DNA from: a virus
Lineage: Duplodnaviria; Caudoviricetes
Direction: 5' to 3' (one strand)
IMG/VR virus record: IMGVR_UViG_3300048833_000402
Location: 1-60,351 of that record
Length of the DNA stretch: 60,351 bases
Part shown: piece after piece, positions 1-9,382 of the stretch
How the letters are laid out: each line of letters begins with the position of its first letter
How positions within the stretch are numbered: the first letter of the stretch is position 1
The notes under the pieces: model-generated
Told to the model about the DNA's origin: nothing
Seen by the model: only the letters and a program-made list of their open reading frames with translations
The model's database searches: none
Made by a program: the position numbers and the translations under genes

Positions 1-447
1 GCGGTCGTCGCCTTCTTCGAGGCGCGGAACGGCCGTCTCCACGGCTTCCGCTTCAAGGACTGGGCCGACTTCAAGTCCTGCCTGCCGTCGCAGACGCCGG
101 GCCCTACCAACCAGCCCATCGGCACCGGCAATGGGGCGGCCACGCTGTTTCAGCTGGCCAAACGCTACACCTCTGGCGCGCAGTCCTGGGCACGGGCCAT
201 CACCAAGCCCGTCGCCGGAACAGTGAACATCGCCCTGAACGGCACGCCGCAGGTTTCAGGCTGGTCGGTTTCCACCGCGACCGGCCTCGTCACCTTCACC
301 ACCGCCCCGGCCGCAGGCGTGGCCATCACCGCAGGCTTCGAATTCGACGTCCCCGTCCGCTTCGACACTGACGCCCTCGACGTAACCCTCGACCTCGAAC
401 GCCTCGGCTCGATCACCTCGATCCCCCTCGTGGAAATCCGCACATGA
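1..447 (+). CDS. Distal tail protein, DUF2460 family (RcGTA g12-like), 5'-truncated by the window edge
   Basis: Ends ...AGFEFDVPVRFDTDALDVTLDLERLGSITSIPLVEIRT; near-identical to the complete copy at 50468-51094. Confidence 0.9.
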   Translation, partial: AVVAFFEARNGRLHGFRFKDWADFKSCLPSQTPGPTNQPIGTGNGAATLFQLAKRYTSGAQSWARAITKPVAGTVNIALNGTPQVSGWSVSTATGLVTFTTAPAAGVAITAGFEFDVPVRFDTDALDVTLDLERLGSITSIPLVEIRT

Positions 448-1328
448 AGACCCTGAACCCGGCGCTGCAGGCGCATCTCGACGACGGTACCACCACCCTG
501 TCCTGGTGCTGGCGGATCACCCGGGCGGACGGCGTGACCTTCGGCTTCACGGACCATGACCGAACGCTGGCGTTCGACGGGACCGAGTTCGAGCCGGAAA
601 GCGGTCTGACGGCCTCCGAGGTGCGGTCTGGGTCCGATTTGTCCGTCGATGCGCAGGATGCCCAAGGCGTGCTGTCCTCCGACCGGATCACCGAGACCGA
701 TATCCTCGACGGCCGCTGGGACAATGCGGCGGTCGAGGTCTGGCGGGTGAACTGGGCCAGCCCCGCGCAGCGCGTGCTCTTGCGCCGCGGTGCCATCGGC
801 CAGATCCGGCGCGGGCGGCTCGCCTTCGTGGCGGAGGTGCGGTCGCTGGCGCACATCCTTGGCCAGACAGTGGGGCGGACGTTTCAGGCGAGTTGCGACG
901 CCGCGCTGGGCGATGCGCGCTGCGGCGTGAACCTCGAGGCCCCGGCCTTCACGGGCAGCGGTGCGATCATCGATGTGCTGCGCGACCGGGCCTTCACGGC
1001 TTCCGGCCTCGGCGCCTTCGCGGCGGGCTGGTTCGGCTTCGGTCTGGTGGAATGGTCGACCGGCGCGAACGCCGGGCGGCGGGTCGAGGTGCTGTCGCAT
1101 GACCTCGTCGACGGGGTCGCGATCCTGACCCTGCTGGAAGCACCGGTGCGCCTGATCATGGCGACAGACACCTTCATCGTCCGGGCGGGCTGCGACAAGC
1201 GGATCGCGACCTGCGGGACCAAGTTCGCCAATGTCGCCAACTTCCGAGGGTTCCCGCACATCCCGGGCCAGGACGCAGTCCTGCGCTATGCGACGAAGGA
1301 TGGTGGCCATGAGGGGGCGGTGCTTTGA
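444..1328 (+). CDS. Baseplate hub protein, DUF2163 family (RcGTA g13-like)
   Basis: WCWRITRADG-FGFTDHD N-terminus, CDAALGDARCGV and GCDK..TC..KF.N..NFRGFPHIPG motifs; ATGA overlap with the upstream gene. Confidence 0.9.
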   Translation: MKTLNPALQAHLDDGTTTLSWCWRITRADGVTFGFTDHDRTLAFDGTEFEPESGLTASEVRSGSDLSVDAQDAQGVLSSDRITETDILDGRWDNAAVEVWRVNWASPAQRVLLRRGAIGQIRRGRLAFVAEVRSLAHILGQTVGRTFQASCDAALGDARCGVNLEAPAFTGSGAIIDVLRDRAFTASGLGAFAAGWFGFGLVEWSTGANAGRRVEVLSHDLVDGVAILTLLEAPVRLIMATDTFIVRAGCDKRIATCGTKFANVANFRGFPHIPGQDAVLRYATKDGGHEGAVL

Positions 1329-1759
1329 AGACCGCCGATCTTGCCATCGTCATCGCTGTCGCGCGGTCTTGGCTCGGCACGCCCTATCACGACCAGGCCA
1401 GTTTGCGCGGGGTCGGCTGCGACTGCCTCGGCCTCGCGCGCGGCATCTGGCGCGAGGTGGTGGGGCCGGAACCGTTTCCCATTCCGCCCTACAGCCGAGA
1501 CTGGGGTGAGACGGGGCCGCGCGAGGTGCTGGCCGACGGCGCGAGACGGATGATGCCGGAACTGGATCCATCCGAGGCTGGGCCCGGTGCGCTGATCCTG
1601 TTCCGTATGATGCCCCGCGCCATCGCCAAGCATGTGGGCATTCTCACCGGCCCCGACACCTTCCTTCACGCCTACGAACGCCTCGGCGTGATCGAGGAAC
1701 CGCTGACAACCGCATGGCGGCGGCGCATCGCCTTTGCCTTCCTGTTCCCTGCACGCTGA
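1325..1759 (+). CDS. Phage cell-wall peptidase, NlpC/P60 family (RcGTA g14-like)
   Basis: ARSWLGTPYHDQAS..GVGCDCLGL with catalytic Cys; KHVGIL and FLHAY motifs. Confidence 0.9.
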   Translation: MKTADLAIVIAVARSWLGTPYHDQASLRGVGCDCLGLARGIWREVVGPEPFPIPPYSRDWGETGPREVLADGARRMMPELDPSEAGPGALILFRMMPRAIAKHVGILTGPDTFLHAYERLGVIEEPLTTAWRRRIAFAFLFPAR

Positions 1760-1767
1760 GTTTTCCC

Positions 1768-4700
1768 ATGGCCACGCTAGTCCTCGGCGCTGTCGGTTCC
1801 GCCATCGGCGGGGCGTTCGGCGGCGCGATCCTCGGCTTCTCTGGCGCAGCCATCGGCGGCTTCATCGGATCGACCATCGGGTCGGTGGTTGACAGCTGGA
1901 TCGTGTCTTCGCTGGCCCCGGCGCAGAAGATCGAGGGCCAGCGGCTGGATTCCCTGCGGATCACCTCGGCCACAGAAGGCGCGATCATCCCGCGCCTCTA
2001 CGGCCGCATGCGCATTGGCGGCAACATCATCTGGGCGACCGATTTCCGCGAGGAGACGAAGACTACGACGCAGGGTGGCGGCAAGGGCGGCGGGGGCGGC
2101 AGGGTCCAGACGACCGAGTATCTGTACTATGCGTCCTTCGCTGTCGCCTTGTGTGAAGGCCCAATCACCGGCATCGGCCGTATCTGGGCCGACGGCAAGC
2201 CGGTCGACATGACCGGCATCACCTGGCGCTGGTATCGAGGCGACGAGGCGCAGACAGCCGACCCGTTCATTTCGGCGAAGATGGGGTGGGCCAACACGCC
2301 CGCCTATCGCGGCACGGCCTACGTCGTCTTCGAGGAACTGCCGCTTTCCACCTATGGCAACCGCCTGCCGCAGCTCAGCTTCGAGGTGTTCCGGCCCTTG
2401 GCCGATCCCGACACGGCCGAGGGGCTGGTCAAGGCCGTGACCATGATCCCGGCCTCGGGAGAGTTCACCTATGCGACCGAGGCTGTCCGGAAGACCGTGG
2501 GCGCCACGACCACGGTCTTCGGCCAGACCACCGGCGGCACGACCTCGGCCGAGAACCTCAACGCGCTGCCAGATGAAGCCGACATCGTCGTGGCGCTGGA
2601 CCGCCTGCAGGCCATGGCCCCGGCCGTCGAAAGCGTCAGCCTGGTCGTCGCCTGGTTCGGGAATGAACTGCGCGCGGGCAACTGCACCATCAAGCCCGGC
2701 GTCGAGGTGGCGACAAAGGCCACCAGCCCCAAGGTCTGGACGGTCAACGGGGTTTCCCGCGCTGCAGCCCATTTGGTTAGCCGTGACGCCGAGGATCGTC
2801 CGGTCTACGGCGGCACGCCTGCGGATTTCGCGGTGGCTCAGGCGATCCGCGAAATGAAGGCGCGCGGGTTGCGGGTGACGTTCTATCCCTTCCTGCTCAT
2901 GGACGTCCCGCCCGGCAACACGCTGCCGAACCCCTATTCCAACAACGCAGCCGCTCCGGGCCAGCCGAGTTTCCCGTGGCGGGGCCGGATCACCTGTTCC
3001 CCGGCGGCAGGCTATGCCGGGACGGCCGACAAGACCGCCGCCGCTGCCACGCAGGTCTCGGCCTTCTTCGGCGCAGCCACCCCGGCGCAGTTCGTGATCT
3101 CTGGTGACACTGTCACCTGGACCGGCCCTACGGGCGACTGGGGCCTGCGCCGGATGATCCTGCACTACGCACACCTCTGCGCCGCTGCCGGGGGCGTCGA
3201 TGCCTTCCTGATCGGGACCGAGATGCGCGGGCTGACCACCATCCGCTCCAGCGCCAGTACCTATCCAGCTGTCACCGCCTTCAAGGCTCTGGCGGCGGAT
3301 GTGAAGGCGATCCTCGGGCCGGGGACCAAGGTCGGCTACGCCTCGGACTGGTCGGAGTATTTCGGGCACCAGCCGGGGGACGGCACGGGGGATGTCTATT
3401 TCCACCTCGACTTGCTCTGGTCTGATGCCAACATCGATTTCATCGGCATCGACAACTACATGCCGCTGTCGGACTGGCGCGACGGGTTTGACCACGCCGA
3501 TGCCCTGCAAGGCTGGTCCGCGATCCATGACCGGCGCTATTTGCAGGCAAACATCGCGGGCGGCGAGGGCTTCGACTGGTTCTACGCCAGCGTCGCCGAC
3601 CGGTCGGCACAGATCCGCACGCCGATCACCGACGGCAGCGCGGGCAAGCCTTGGGTCTTCCGCTACAAGGATCTGCGCGCCTGGTGGTCGAACCCGCATT
3701 TCAACCGGCCGGGCGGGATGGAGAGCGGCACGCCGACCGCGTGGGTGCCGCAATCGAAACCCATCTGGTTCACCGAACTCGGCTGTCCCGCCATCGACCG
3801 GGGCACCAACCAGCCCAACGTCTTCTTCGACCCGAAGTCCTCGGAGAGCTTCACCCCGTACTTCTCGCGCGGCTGGCGCGACGACGCGATCCAGCGCGCC
3901 TATCTCGAGGCAAGCTATCTCTGGTGGGGCCAGGGCACGAACAACCCGACGTCCGCGATCTACGGCGGCCGGATGGTCCATGTCCCCGAATGCGCCGCCT
4001 GGACCTGGGATGCACGCCCCTATCCATTCTTCCCCGAACTGACCGGGATCTGGACGGACGGGCCGAACTGGCGGCTGGGGCACTGGCTGACTGGACGGCT
4101 GGGCGCGGTGTCGCTGGCGGCCCTTGTCCGCCATCTCTGCCTGCGTGCTGGGCTCGATGAGGCGTTGATCGATGTGAGCGGCCTCTGGGGCGCGGTCGAA
4201 GGCTATGTCATCGGCGCGCTGGAAAGCCCGCGCGCGTCGATTTCCACGCTGGCCCGCCACTTCGGCTTCGACGCCATCGAGACCGAGGGCGTGCTTCGTT
4301 TCGTCATGCGCGGGCGGGCTTCGGTCGCCACGCTGGCCATCGACGATCTGGTCGGCAGCCGCGAGGGCGAGGCGTTCGAACTGACCCGTGGTCAGGAGAC
4401 CGAACTGCCCCAGGCCCTGAAGTGGCAGGTCGCGCGGGCGGACGAGGATTATGATGCCGCTCTCGTCGAAGCCCGACGCATCACCGTCGACACGACGCGC
4501 ATCGCCTCCGAAGCCTTCCCCATGGCGATCCCGCCCGAGGAGGCCGAACGCCGCTGCCGCCGCGCGCTGATGGAAGCCTGGATCGGCAGGGAAAGCGCAA
4601 CCTTCCGCTTGCCGCCCTCGCGGCTCGCCCTCGACCCGGCAGACGTGATCCGGCTCGCGCATGACGGCCGCGAGGTCGAGTTCCGGCTCGTCTCCGTCGC

Positions 4701-5766
4701 CGATGCCGAGGCGCGCGGGATCGAGGCGGTGCGCCAGGACCGCGCGGCCTACGACCTGCCGCCCGGCGATCCCCGCCCGGCCTCGCTCGCCAGTCCCGTC
4801 GTCTTTGGAACGCCCGAGGTGGTGATGCTGGACCTGCCGCAGATTTCCGAGGACCAGCCCGCCCATCGCCCCCTGATCGCCGCCCATGCCAGCCCCTGGC
4901 CGGGCGAGATCGCAGTGTTCCGCAGCGCCTCCACGGATGGGTTCAACCTCCTGACCACATTCGGCAGTCGGGCGCGGATCGGCACGCTGGCCTTCGACTT
5001 CTTTCCGGGGCCGACCTCGCGCTTCGATCTCGGCAACGCGCTGGTGGTCGATCTGCTGTCGGGGACGCTGGAAAGCGTGACGGATGTCGCGCTGTTCGGC
5101 GGGGCGAATGCGCTGGCCGTGGAGACGGAGGCCGGGGTCTGGGAGATCGTCCAGGCTGGCCAAGCCGAACTGATTGCCGCTGGCCGCTACCGGCTCACCC
5201 GCCTCCTGCGCGGCCTGCGCGGGACGGAACATGCCATGGGCAACCCGGCTCCGGCTGGCGCGCGGGTCGTGGTGCTTGACACGACGCTGGCCTCGCTACC
5301 CATCGCCGAGGCCGATCTCGGACTGCCGTGGAACTGGCGTGTCGGCCCGGCCGCCCGGGCGGTCAGTGACGCGAGCTATGCCGCGCTGGGCTTAACCCCC
5401 ACTGGCCGGGGGCTTGTTCCCTTCGCCACGGTCCATGTCGAGCAGCCATGGCGAACGGCTCGTAGCTCGGGCGATCTGACGATCCGCTGGACGCGGCGAT
5501 CCCGGGCGCTGGTCGCTGATGCCTGGGAACAGGTCGAAGTGCCGCTGGCCGAAGACCTGGAAAGCTATGACGTCCAGATCCTCGACGGGGCATCGATCAA
5601 GCGCACACTGACCAGCAGCACGACATCCGTACTCTACACCGCCGCCCAGCAGACAGCCGATTGGGGCGCACCGCTCGGGCCCGGCCAGACGCTGGCGATC
5701 CGCATCTACCAGCTCTCGAACCGCCTCGGCCGCGGCACGCCCGCGGCCGCCACGCTGCAATTCTGA
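1768..5766 (+). CDS. Baseplate multidomain 'megatron' / host-specificity protein with GTA TIM-barrel domain (RcGTA g15-like)
   Basis: 1332 aa from ATG 1768; IPRLYGRMRIGGNIIWAT, PAYRGTAYVVFE, IGIDNYMPLSDWRDG, KPIWFTELGCPAIDRG motifs. Confidence 0.92.
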   Translation: MATLVLGAVGSAIGGAFGGAILGFSGAAIGGFIGSTIGSVVDSWIVSSLAPAQKIEGQRLDSLRITSATEGAIIPRLYGRMRIGGNIIWATDFREETKTTTQGGGKGGGGGRVQTTEYLYYASFAVALCEGPITGIGRIWADGKPVDMTGITWRWYRGDEAQTADPFISAKMGWANTPAYRGTAYVVFEELPLSTYGNRLPQLSFEVFRPLADPDTAEGLVKAVTMIPASGEFTYATEAVRKTVGATTTVFGQTTGGTTSAENLNALPDEADIVVALDRLQAMAPAVESVSLVVAWFGNELRAGNCTIKPGVEVATKATSPKVWTVNGVSRAAAHLVSRDAEDRPVYGGTPADFAVAQAIREMKARGLRVTFYPFLLMDVPPGNTLPNPYSNNAAAPGQPSFPWRGRITCSPAAGYAGTADKTAAAATQVSAFFGAATPAQFVISGDTVTWTGPTGDWGLRRMILHYAHLCAAAGGVDAFLIGTEMRGLTTIRSSASTYPAVTAFKALAADVKAILGPGTKVGYASDWSEYFGHQPGDGTGDVYFHLDLLWSDANIDFIGIDNYMPLSDWRDGFDHADALQGWSAIHDRRYLQANIAGGEGFDWFYASVADRSAQIRTPITDGSAGKPWVFRYKDLRAWWSNPHFNRPGGMESGTPTAWVPQSKPIWFTELGCPAIDRGTNQPNVFFDPKSSESFTPYFSRGWRDDAIQRAYLEASYLWWGQGTNNPTSAIYGGRMVHVPECAAWTWDARPYPFFPELTGIWTDGPNWRLGHWLTGRLGAVSLAALVRHLCLRAGLDEALIDVSGLWGAVEGYVIGALESPRASISTLARHFGFDAIETEGVLRFVMRGRASVATLAIDDLVGSREGEAFELTRGQETELPQALKWQVARADEDYDAALVEARRITVDTTRIASEAFPMAIPPEEAERRCRRALMEAWIGRESATFRLPPSRLALDPADVIRLAHDGREVEFRLVSVADAEARGIEAVRQDRAAYDLPPGDPRPASLASPVVFGTPEVVMLDLPQISEDQPAHRPLIAAHASPWPGEIAVFRSASTDGFNLLTTFGSRARIGTLAFDFFPGPTSRFDLGNALVVDLLSGTLESVTDVALFGGANALAVETEAGVWEIVQAGQAELIAAGRYRLTRLLRGLRGTEHAMGNPAPAGARVVVLDTTLASLPIAEADLGLPWNWRVGPAARAVSDASYAALGLTPTGRGLVPFATVHVEQPWRTARSSGDLTIRWTRRSRALVADAWEQVEVPLAEDLESYDVQILDGASIKRTLTSSTTSVLYTAAQQTADWGAPLGPGQTLAIRIYQLSNRLGRGTPAAATLQF

Positions 5767-5787
5767 TCCCAACTCGCGGGAACCCCC

Positions 5788-7710
5788 ATGTCCGACACCA
5801 CGACGCACCTTGGGCTGCCGTATCTGCTGGCCGCTCAAGCGCAGAAGCATGTCACCCACAACGAGGCGCTGCGCCTGCTCGATGCTATGGTGCAGCTCTC
5901 GGTCCTCGACCGCACGCGCACCGCGCCCCCGGCCAGCCCCGCGGACGGCAACCGCCATCTGGTCGCCTCGGGCGCCACCGGCCTTTGGGCCGGGTGGGAT
6001 CTGAACATCGCCTTCTGGGTCGACGGCGCGTGGATCCGGCTGGTGCCGCGCATCGGCTGGCTGGCATGGGTCGCAGCCGAGGGCCTGTTCCTCGTCTGGA
6101 CCGGCAGCGCCTGGGAGGTGGTGGGCGAGCCGCGCGACGTGTCGGATGCGGTGTTCAGCCTGGTGAACGACGCCGATCCGACGAAGAAGGCGACCTTTTC
6201 GCTGGCGGGCATCAGCGCAGGCACCACGCGCAGCTTCACGCTGCCGAACACCTCCTCGGAACTGGCGATCCTGGCGGGCACACAGACCTTCACCGGCAAC
6301 AAGACATTTTCCGGGACGCTGACAGCATCCGGAACCGTGACGGTGTCGGCCGCCAGCGCCTCGATCGGCACGGCAACGACGACCGCGACCTACGGGATGG
6401 GCACCGGCGCGACGACCACCGGCGTCACCAAGACCGTGAACATCGGCACAGGCGGCGCTTCCGGGTCGACCACCGTCGTGAACATCGGCTCGGCCACCGC
6501 TGGCGCGGGCGGCACGACGGTGGTGAACACGCCCACGGTCACCTTCGCCAATGCCGTCACGCAGGTCGGCATGCCGCAGGCGAACCTTACCGGGCAGCTG
6601 CTCGGCCTCGGCGGGGCCACGGCCGACAGTTACAACCGAGTGTCGGTGAACACGCCCGCAGTCCTATTGAACAATGCAGGTGCGGGCATCGAAGCGACGG
6701 TGAACAAGGCGGCCCCGGCAAACGACGCCGCATTCGCCTTCAAGACCGGGTTTTCAGCGCGGGCGCTGATCGGCCTCTTAGGCAACGACGATTTCAGCTT
6801 CAAGGTCAGCCCGGACGGGTCAGCCTTCTACGACGCGATCCGGATCGACCGAACCAGCGGTCAGGTGGAACTGCCGCAGCCCACGGTCCTGCCCGGGCTG
6901 TCGGCCGCGCCGTCGCCACCGCCCGTAGGGAAGGCCACTGTTTATGCCCGCAACCGCGCCGGGGCGCCATGGATCGACGTGATGCGCCCCTCTGGCCGGG
7001 ACTTTCCGCTCCAGCCGCATTTCGGTGTGAACAGGATCGCCAACTGGTCGCCTTCGGTCACGACGACGATCACCACCGAAGGGATGCCGATCACTTCGGT
7101 CGGCACCGTCTCGCACCCGACGCTGGCCGCCACGAACCTTGCCGCCTCGATGCGCCGCTGGCGCCTGACCTCCGCAGCCGTCGTGGACTCGGCGGCCGAT
7201 CAGCGTTCGGCTGGCTGGGCCTGCTGGCGCGGCAATGCGGCGGGCTTGGGCGGCTGGACCTTCGTGACGCGGATTTCGCTGACGACGCTGCAGTCGACCG
7301 GGATGGGGTTCTTTGGCCTCTACGGTTCTACCGCCGCGCTGGCCACCACCCTGACGCTGGCGGCCGCCATCAACTGTATCGGCATCGGCTTCCAGCGCGG
7401 GACGCACACCCGCTGGCAAGTGGTCGCGAACGACGGCACCGGGGCGCCGACCCTGACCGACATGGGCGCGTCCTTCGCCATTGCCACGGGCGGGGTGCTG
7501 ACCCTGTTCATCGCGGCACCGCCGAACGGATCGTCCGTCTGGGTGCGCGTCGTCGACGAGGTCTCGGGTGCGATCTTCGAGCAGGAGATCACCGCAGACC
7601 TGCCCGCCGCGACGCAGTTCCTGTCGCCGCGGCTGTTCCTGAACACCGGCGCGACCGCCGCCGCCGTCGCCTACGACTGCGCCGGGGTCTACCTGGAAAC
7701 CGACTTCTGA
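5788..7710 (+). CDS. Tail fibre / receptor-binding protein, DUF2793 family
   Basis: LGLPYLLAAQAQKHVTHNEALRLLD N-terminus; FKTGFSARALIGLLGNDDFSFKVSPDGS; T/G-rich shaft. Confidence 0.88.
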   Translation: MSDTTTHLGLPYLLAAQAQKHVTHNEALRLLDAMVQLSVLDRTRTAPPASPADGNRHLVASGATGLWAGWDLNIAFWVDGAWIRLVPRIGWLAWVAAEGLFLVWTGSAWEVVGEPRDVSDAVFSLVNDADPTKKATFSLAGISAGTTRSFTLPNTSSELAILAGTQTFTGNKTFSGTLTASGTVTVSAASASIGTATTTATYGMGTGATTTGVTKTVNIGTGGASGSTTVVNIGSATAGAGGTTVVNTPTVTFANAVTQVGMPQANLTGQLLGLGGATADSYNRVSVNTPAVLLNNAGAGIEATVNKAAPANDAAFAFKTGFSARALIGLLGNDDFSFKVSPDGSAFYDAIRIDRTSGQVELPQPTVLPGLSAAPSPPPVGKATVYARNRAGAPWIDVMRPSGRDFPLQPHFGVNRIANWSPSVTTTITTEGMPITSVGTVSHPTLAATNLAASMRRWRLTSAAVVDSAADQRSAGWACWRGNAAGLGGWTFVTRISLTTLQSTGMGFFGLYGSTAALATTLTLAAAINCIGIGFQRGTHTRWQVVANDGTGAPTLTDMGASFAIATGGVLTLFIAAPPNGSSVWVRVVDEVSGAIFEQEITADLPAATQFLSPRLFLNTGATAAAVAYDCAGVYLETDF

Positions 7711-7743
7711 CCGACCGCAGCTCGCGGCAATGAAAGGACCATC

Positions 7744-8052
7744 ATGAACGACCAGACCACCCTCGCCGACGCGGTCGCGCGGGCCTTTCGGGACCACGGG
7801 ATCACCGCCGCGCTGACCGCCCTGATCGGCGGCACCATGGCCCTGATCGCGGCGATCACCCGCAAGGCCTTCACCAATGAGGCCCTGCTGGATCGCCTTG
7901 ATCGCGAACTCATCACCGAACGCGACCGGACTGACAAGCAGCGCAGCGAAGATCGCAAGGTGGATGGCGACCGCCTCGACCGGATCGAAACCGACATCCG
8001 CTCGATGCGGGACATGCTCTTCGACGCCTTCCAGCGCGGCCGATCCGACTGA
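7744..8052 (+). CDS. Small single-TM phage protein, holin-like
   Basis: One hydrophobic segment (GITAALTALIGGTMALIAAI) plus a charged coiled coil; AAGGA RBS; immediately upstream of the endolysin. Confidence 0.6.
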   Translation: MNDQTTLADAVARAFRDHGITAALTALIGGTMALIAAITRKAFTNEALLDRLDRELITERDRTDKQRSEDRKVDGDRLDRIETDIRSMRDMLFDAFQRGRSD

Positions 8053-8082
8053 CTTTCCTGACCCTTGGCAACCGACATCCCT

Positions 8083-8104
8083 CCCGCCCCAGAGGCGGGT
8101 TTTT
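8083..8104 (+). terminator. Intrinsic terminator-like hairpin upstream of the endolysin
   Basis: CCCGCC-ccaga-GGCGGG-TTTTT; identical copy at 58753-58774. Confidence 0.7.
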
Positions 8105-8119
8105 CATTTGGAGGATACC

Positions 8120-8794
8120 ATGCCGACGCTGACCCACCCCCACTGGCGCGATGTTCCCGCGAGCGCCTGGCGCTGGCCGAATTTCTCGGCCGCCGAGATC
8201 GCCTGTCGCGGCACCGGAGCGATCAAGATCAACACCGAAGCGATGGACAAGCTGCAGGCCCTGCGCGACCGGCTGGGCAAGCCGCTGATCATCCGCTCGG
8301 CCTATCGCAGCCCGGAACACAACCGAGCCGTCGGCGGGGCCCCGGCGTCGAAACACATGCAGGGCACCGCCTTCGACATCGCCATGTCGAACCACGATCC
8401 GGTCGCATTCGCCGAAGCCGCCCGTGCCGTCGGCTTCCTCGGCTTCGGCACCTATCCCCGCTCCGGCTTCATGCACATCGATCTTGGTCCCGCCCGATCC
8501 TGGGGCGATCCCTTCCCGGCGTGGCCCGTACCCTTCGCGCCGGAACTGCCGCCCGCGCGCGAGGTCCTTTCGGAAAGCCGCACCCTGCGCGGTGGCGGCG
8601 CGGCTGGCGCGGCCACCGTCGGCGCGGCTGGGGTCGAAGTGCTGCAGGATGTCCTTGCCGAGACCCAGTCCACGATCCAGCCGCTGGTGCCCTACCTCGA
8701 CACCCTGCGGTGGGTGCTGATCGCCATCGCGCTGATCGGCATCGCCGTCACGATCCACGCTCGGCTCGACGACTGGAAACGGGGCCAGCGGTGA
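8120..8794 (+). CDS. Endolysin, peptidase M15/YcbK family, with C-terminal membrane segments
   Basis: SAYRSPEHN..VGGAPASKH..GTAFDI...FMHID zinc peptidase motifs; GGAGG RBS before ATG 8120; hydrophobic C-terminus. Confidence 0.85.
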   Translation: MPTLTHPHWRDVPASAWRWPNFSAAEIACRGTGAIKINTEAMDKLQALRDRLGKPLIIRSAYRSPEHNRAVGGAPASKHMQGTAFDIAMSNHDPVAFAEAARAVGFLGFGTYPRSGFMHIDLGPARSWGDPFPAWPVPFAPELPPAREVLSESRTLRGGGAAGAATVGAAGVEVLQDVLAETQSTIQPLVPYLDTLRWVLIAIALIGIAVTIHARLDDWKRGQR

Positions 8795-9036
8795 CCCTTT
8801 CGCTCTTCACCCATGGCCCGGCGCGCAAGGCGCTGGGCCTGATCCTGCCCGCCGCAGCGATCCTGCTGTTCCTGCTGAACCTCCGCCGCGCAGGCGAACG
8901 CGCCGGGCGCGCCGCCGAACGCCTTGATGCCAAAGAAAGAAACGATGCGATCCACCGCCAGATGCTCGACGCTGCCGCCCATCGCCCCCCTGATCGCGAT
9001 GCTCTGGCTGACCGGCTGCGCGATGGCAGGTTCTGA
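8791..9036 (+). CDS. Putative inner-membrane spanin (Rz-like)
   Basis: GTG start overlapping the endolysin stop; N-terminal TM helix then coiled coil; homologous to 59463-59708. Confidence 0.6.
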   Translation: MTLSLFTHGPARKALGLILPAAAILLFLLNLRRAGERAGRAAERLDAKERNDAIHRQMLDAAAHRPPDRDALADRLRDGRF

Positions 9037-9190
9037 GACCCGCGCGCCATGTCCGCCCGTGGTCGAGTACACCAGCGCTGAGCAGGCGCGCGCGGCAGAC
9101 GAGGTTGAGGCGATGCCGGAAGACGCAGTGATTGTCCGGATGCTGAGCGACTACACTGTTCTACGCGATCGTGCGCGGGCCTGCCGTTGA
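8945..9190 (+). CDS. Putative outer-membrane lipoprotein spanin (Rz1-like)
   Basis: Lipobox LIAMLWLTG-C; overlaps the preceding gene in another frame; CPPVV..Y and terminal RACR. Confidence 0.65.
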   Translation: MRSTARCSTLPPIAPLIAMLWLTGCAMAGSETRAPCPPVVEYTSAEQARAADEVEAMPEDAVIVRMLSDYTVLRDRARACR

Positions 9191-9382
9191 AATCCGGACC
9201 TGGCGATGCCCCACCCTGACCGAGACCGACTGCCTGATAGCAGCTGAGCCTAACGTCACCTCGTCAGCATGGACGTCATCGACTGCATCCAATTCACCCT
9301 TTGGTTGATCGCCGGTGACTCCTCGGCGGAAAGCCGGTATCGTTCGATGTGAACTAGCTCAGAGATCATTGAGGAGCGACTT

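Noticed and set aside
1777-5232. Long antisense and alternate-frame ORFs (1777-5232, 5661-7733, 39611-41167, 54022-56106 and others)
   Set aside because: Shadow ORFs expected from high-GC codon bias, overlapping well-supported genes and carrying no recognisable motifs
1-9190. Gene transfer agent cluster
   Set aside because: The tail genes are GTA-like, but the intact sister copy is attached to an integrase, replication origin, cos and lambda-type head, so these are prophages
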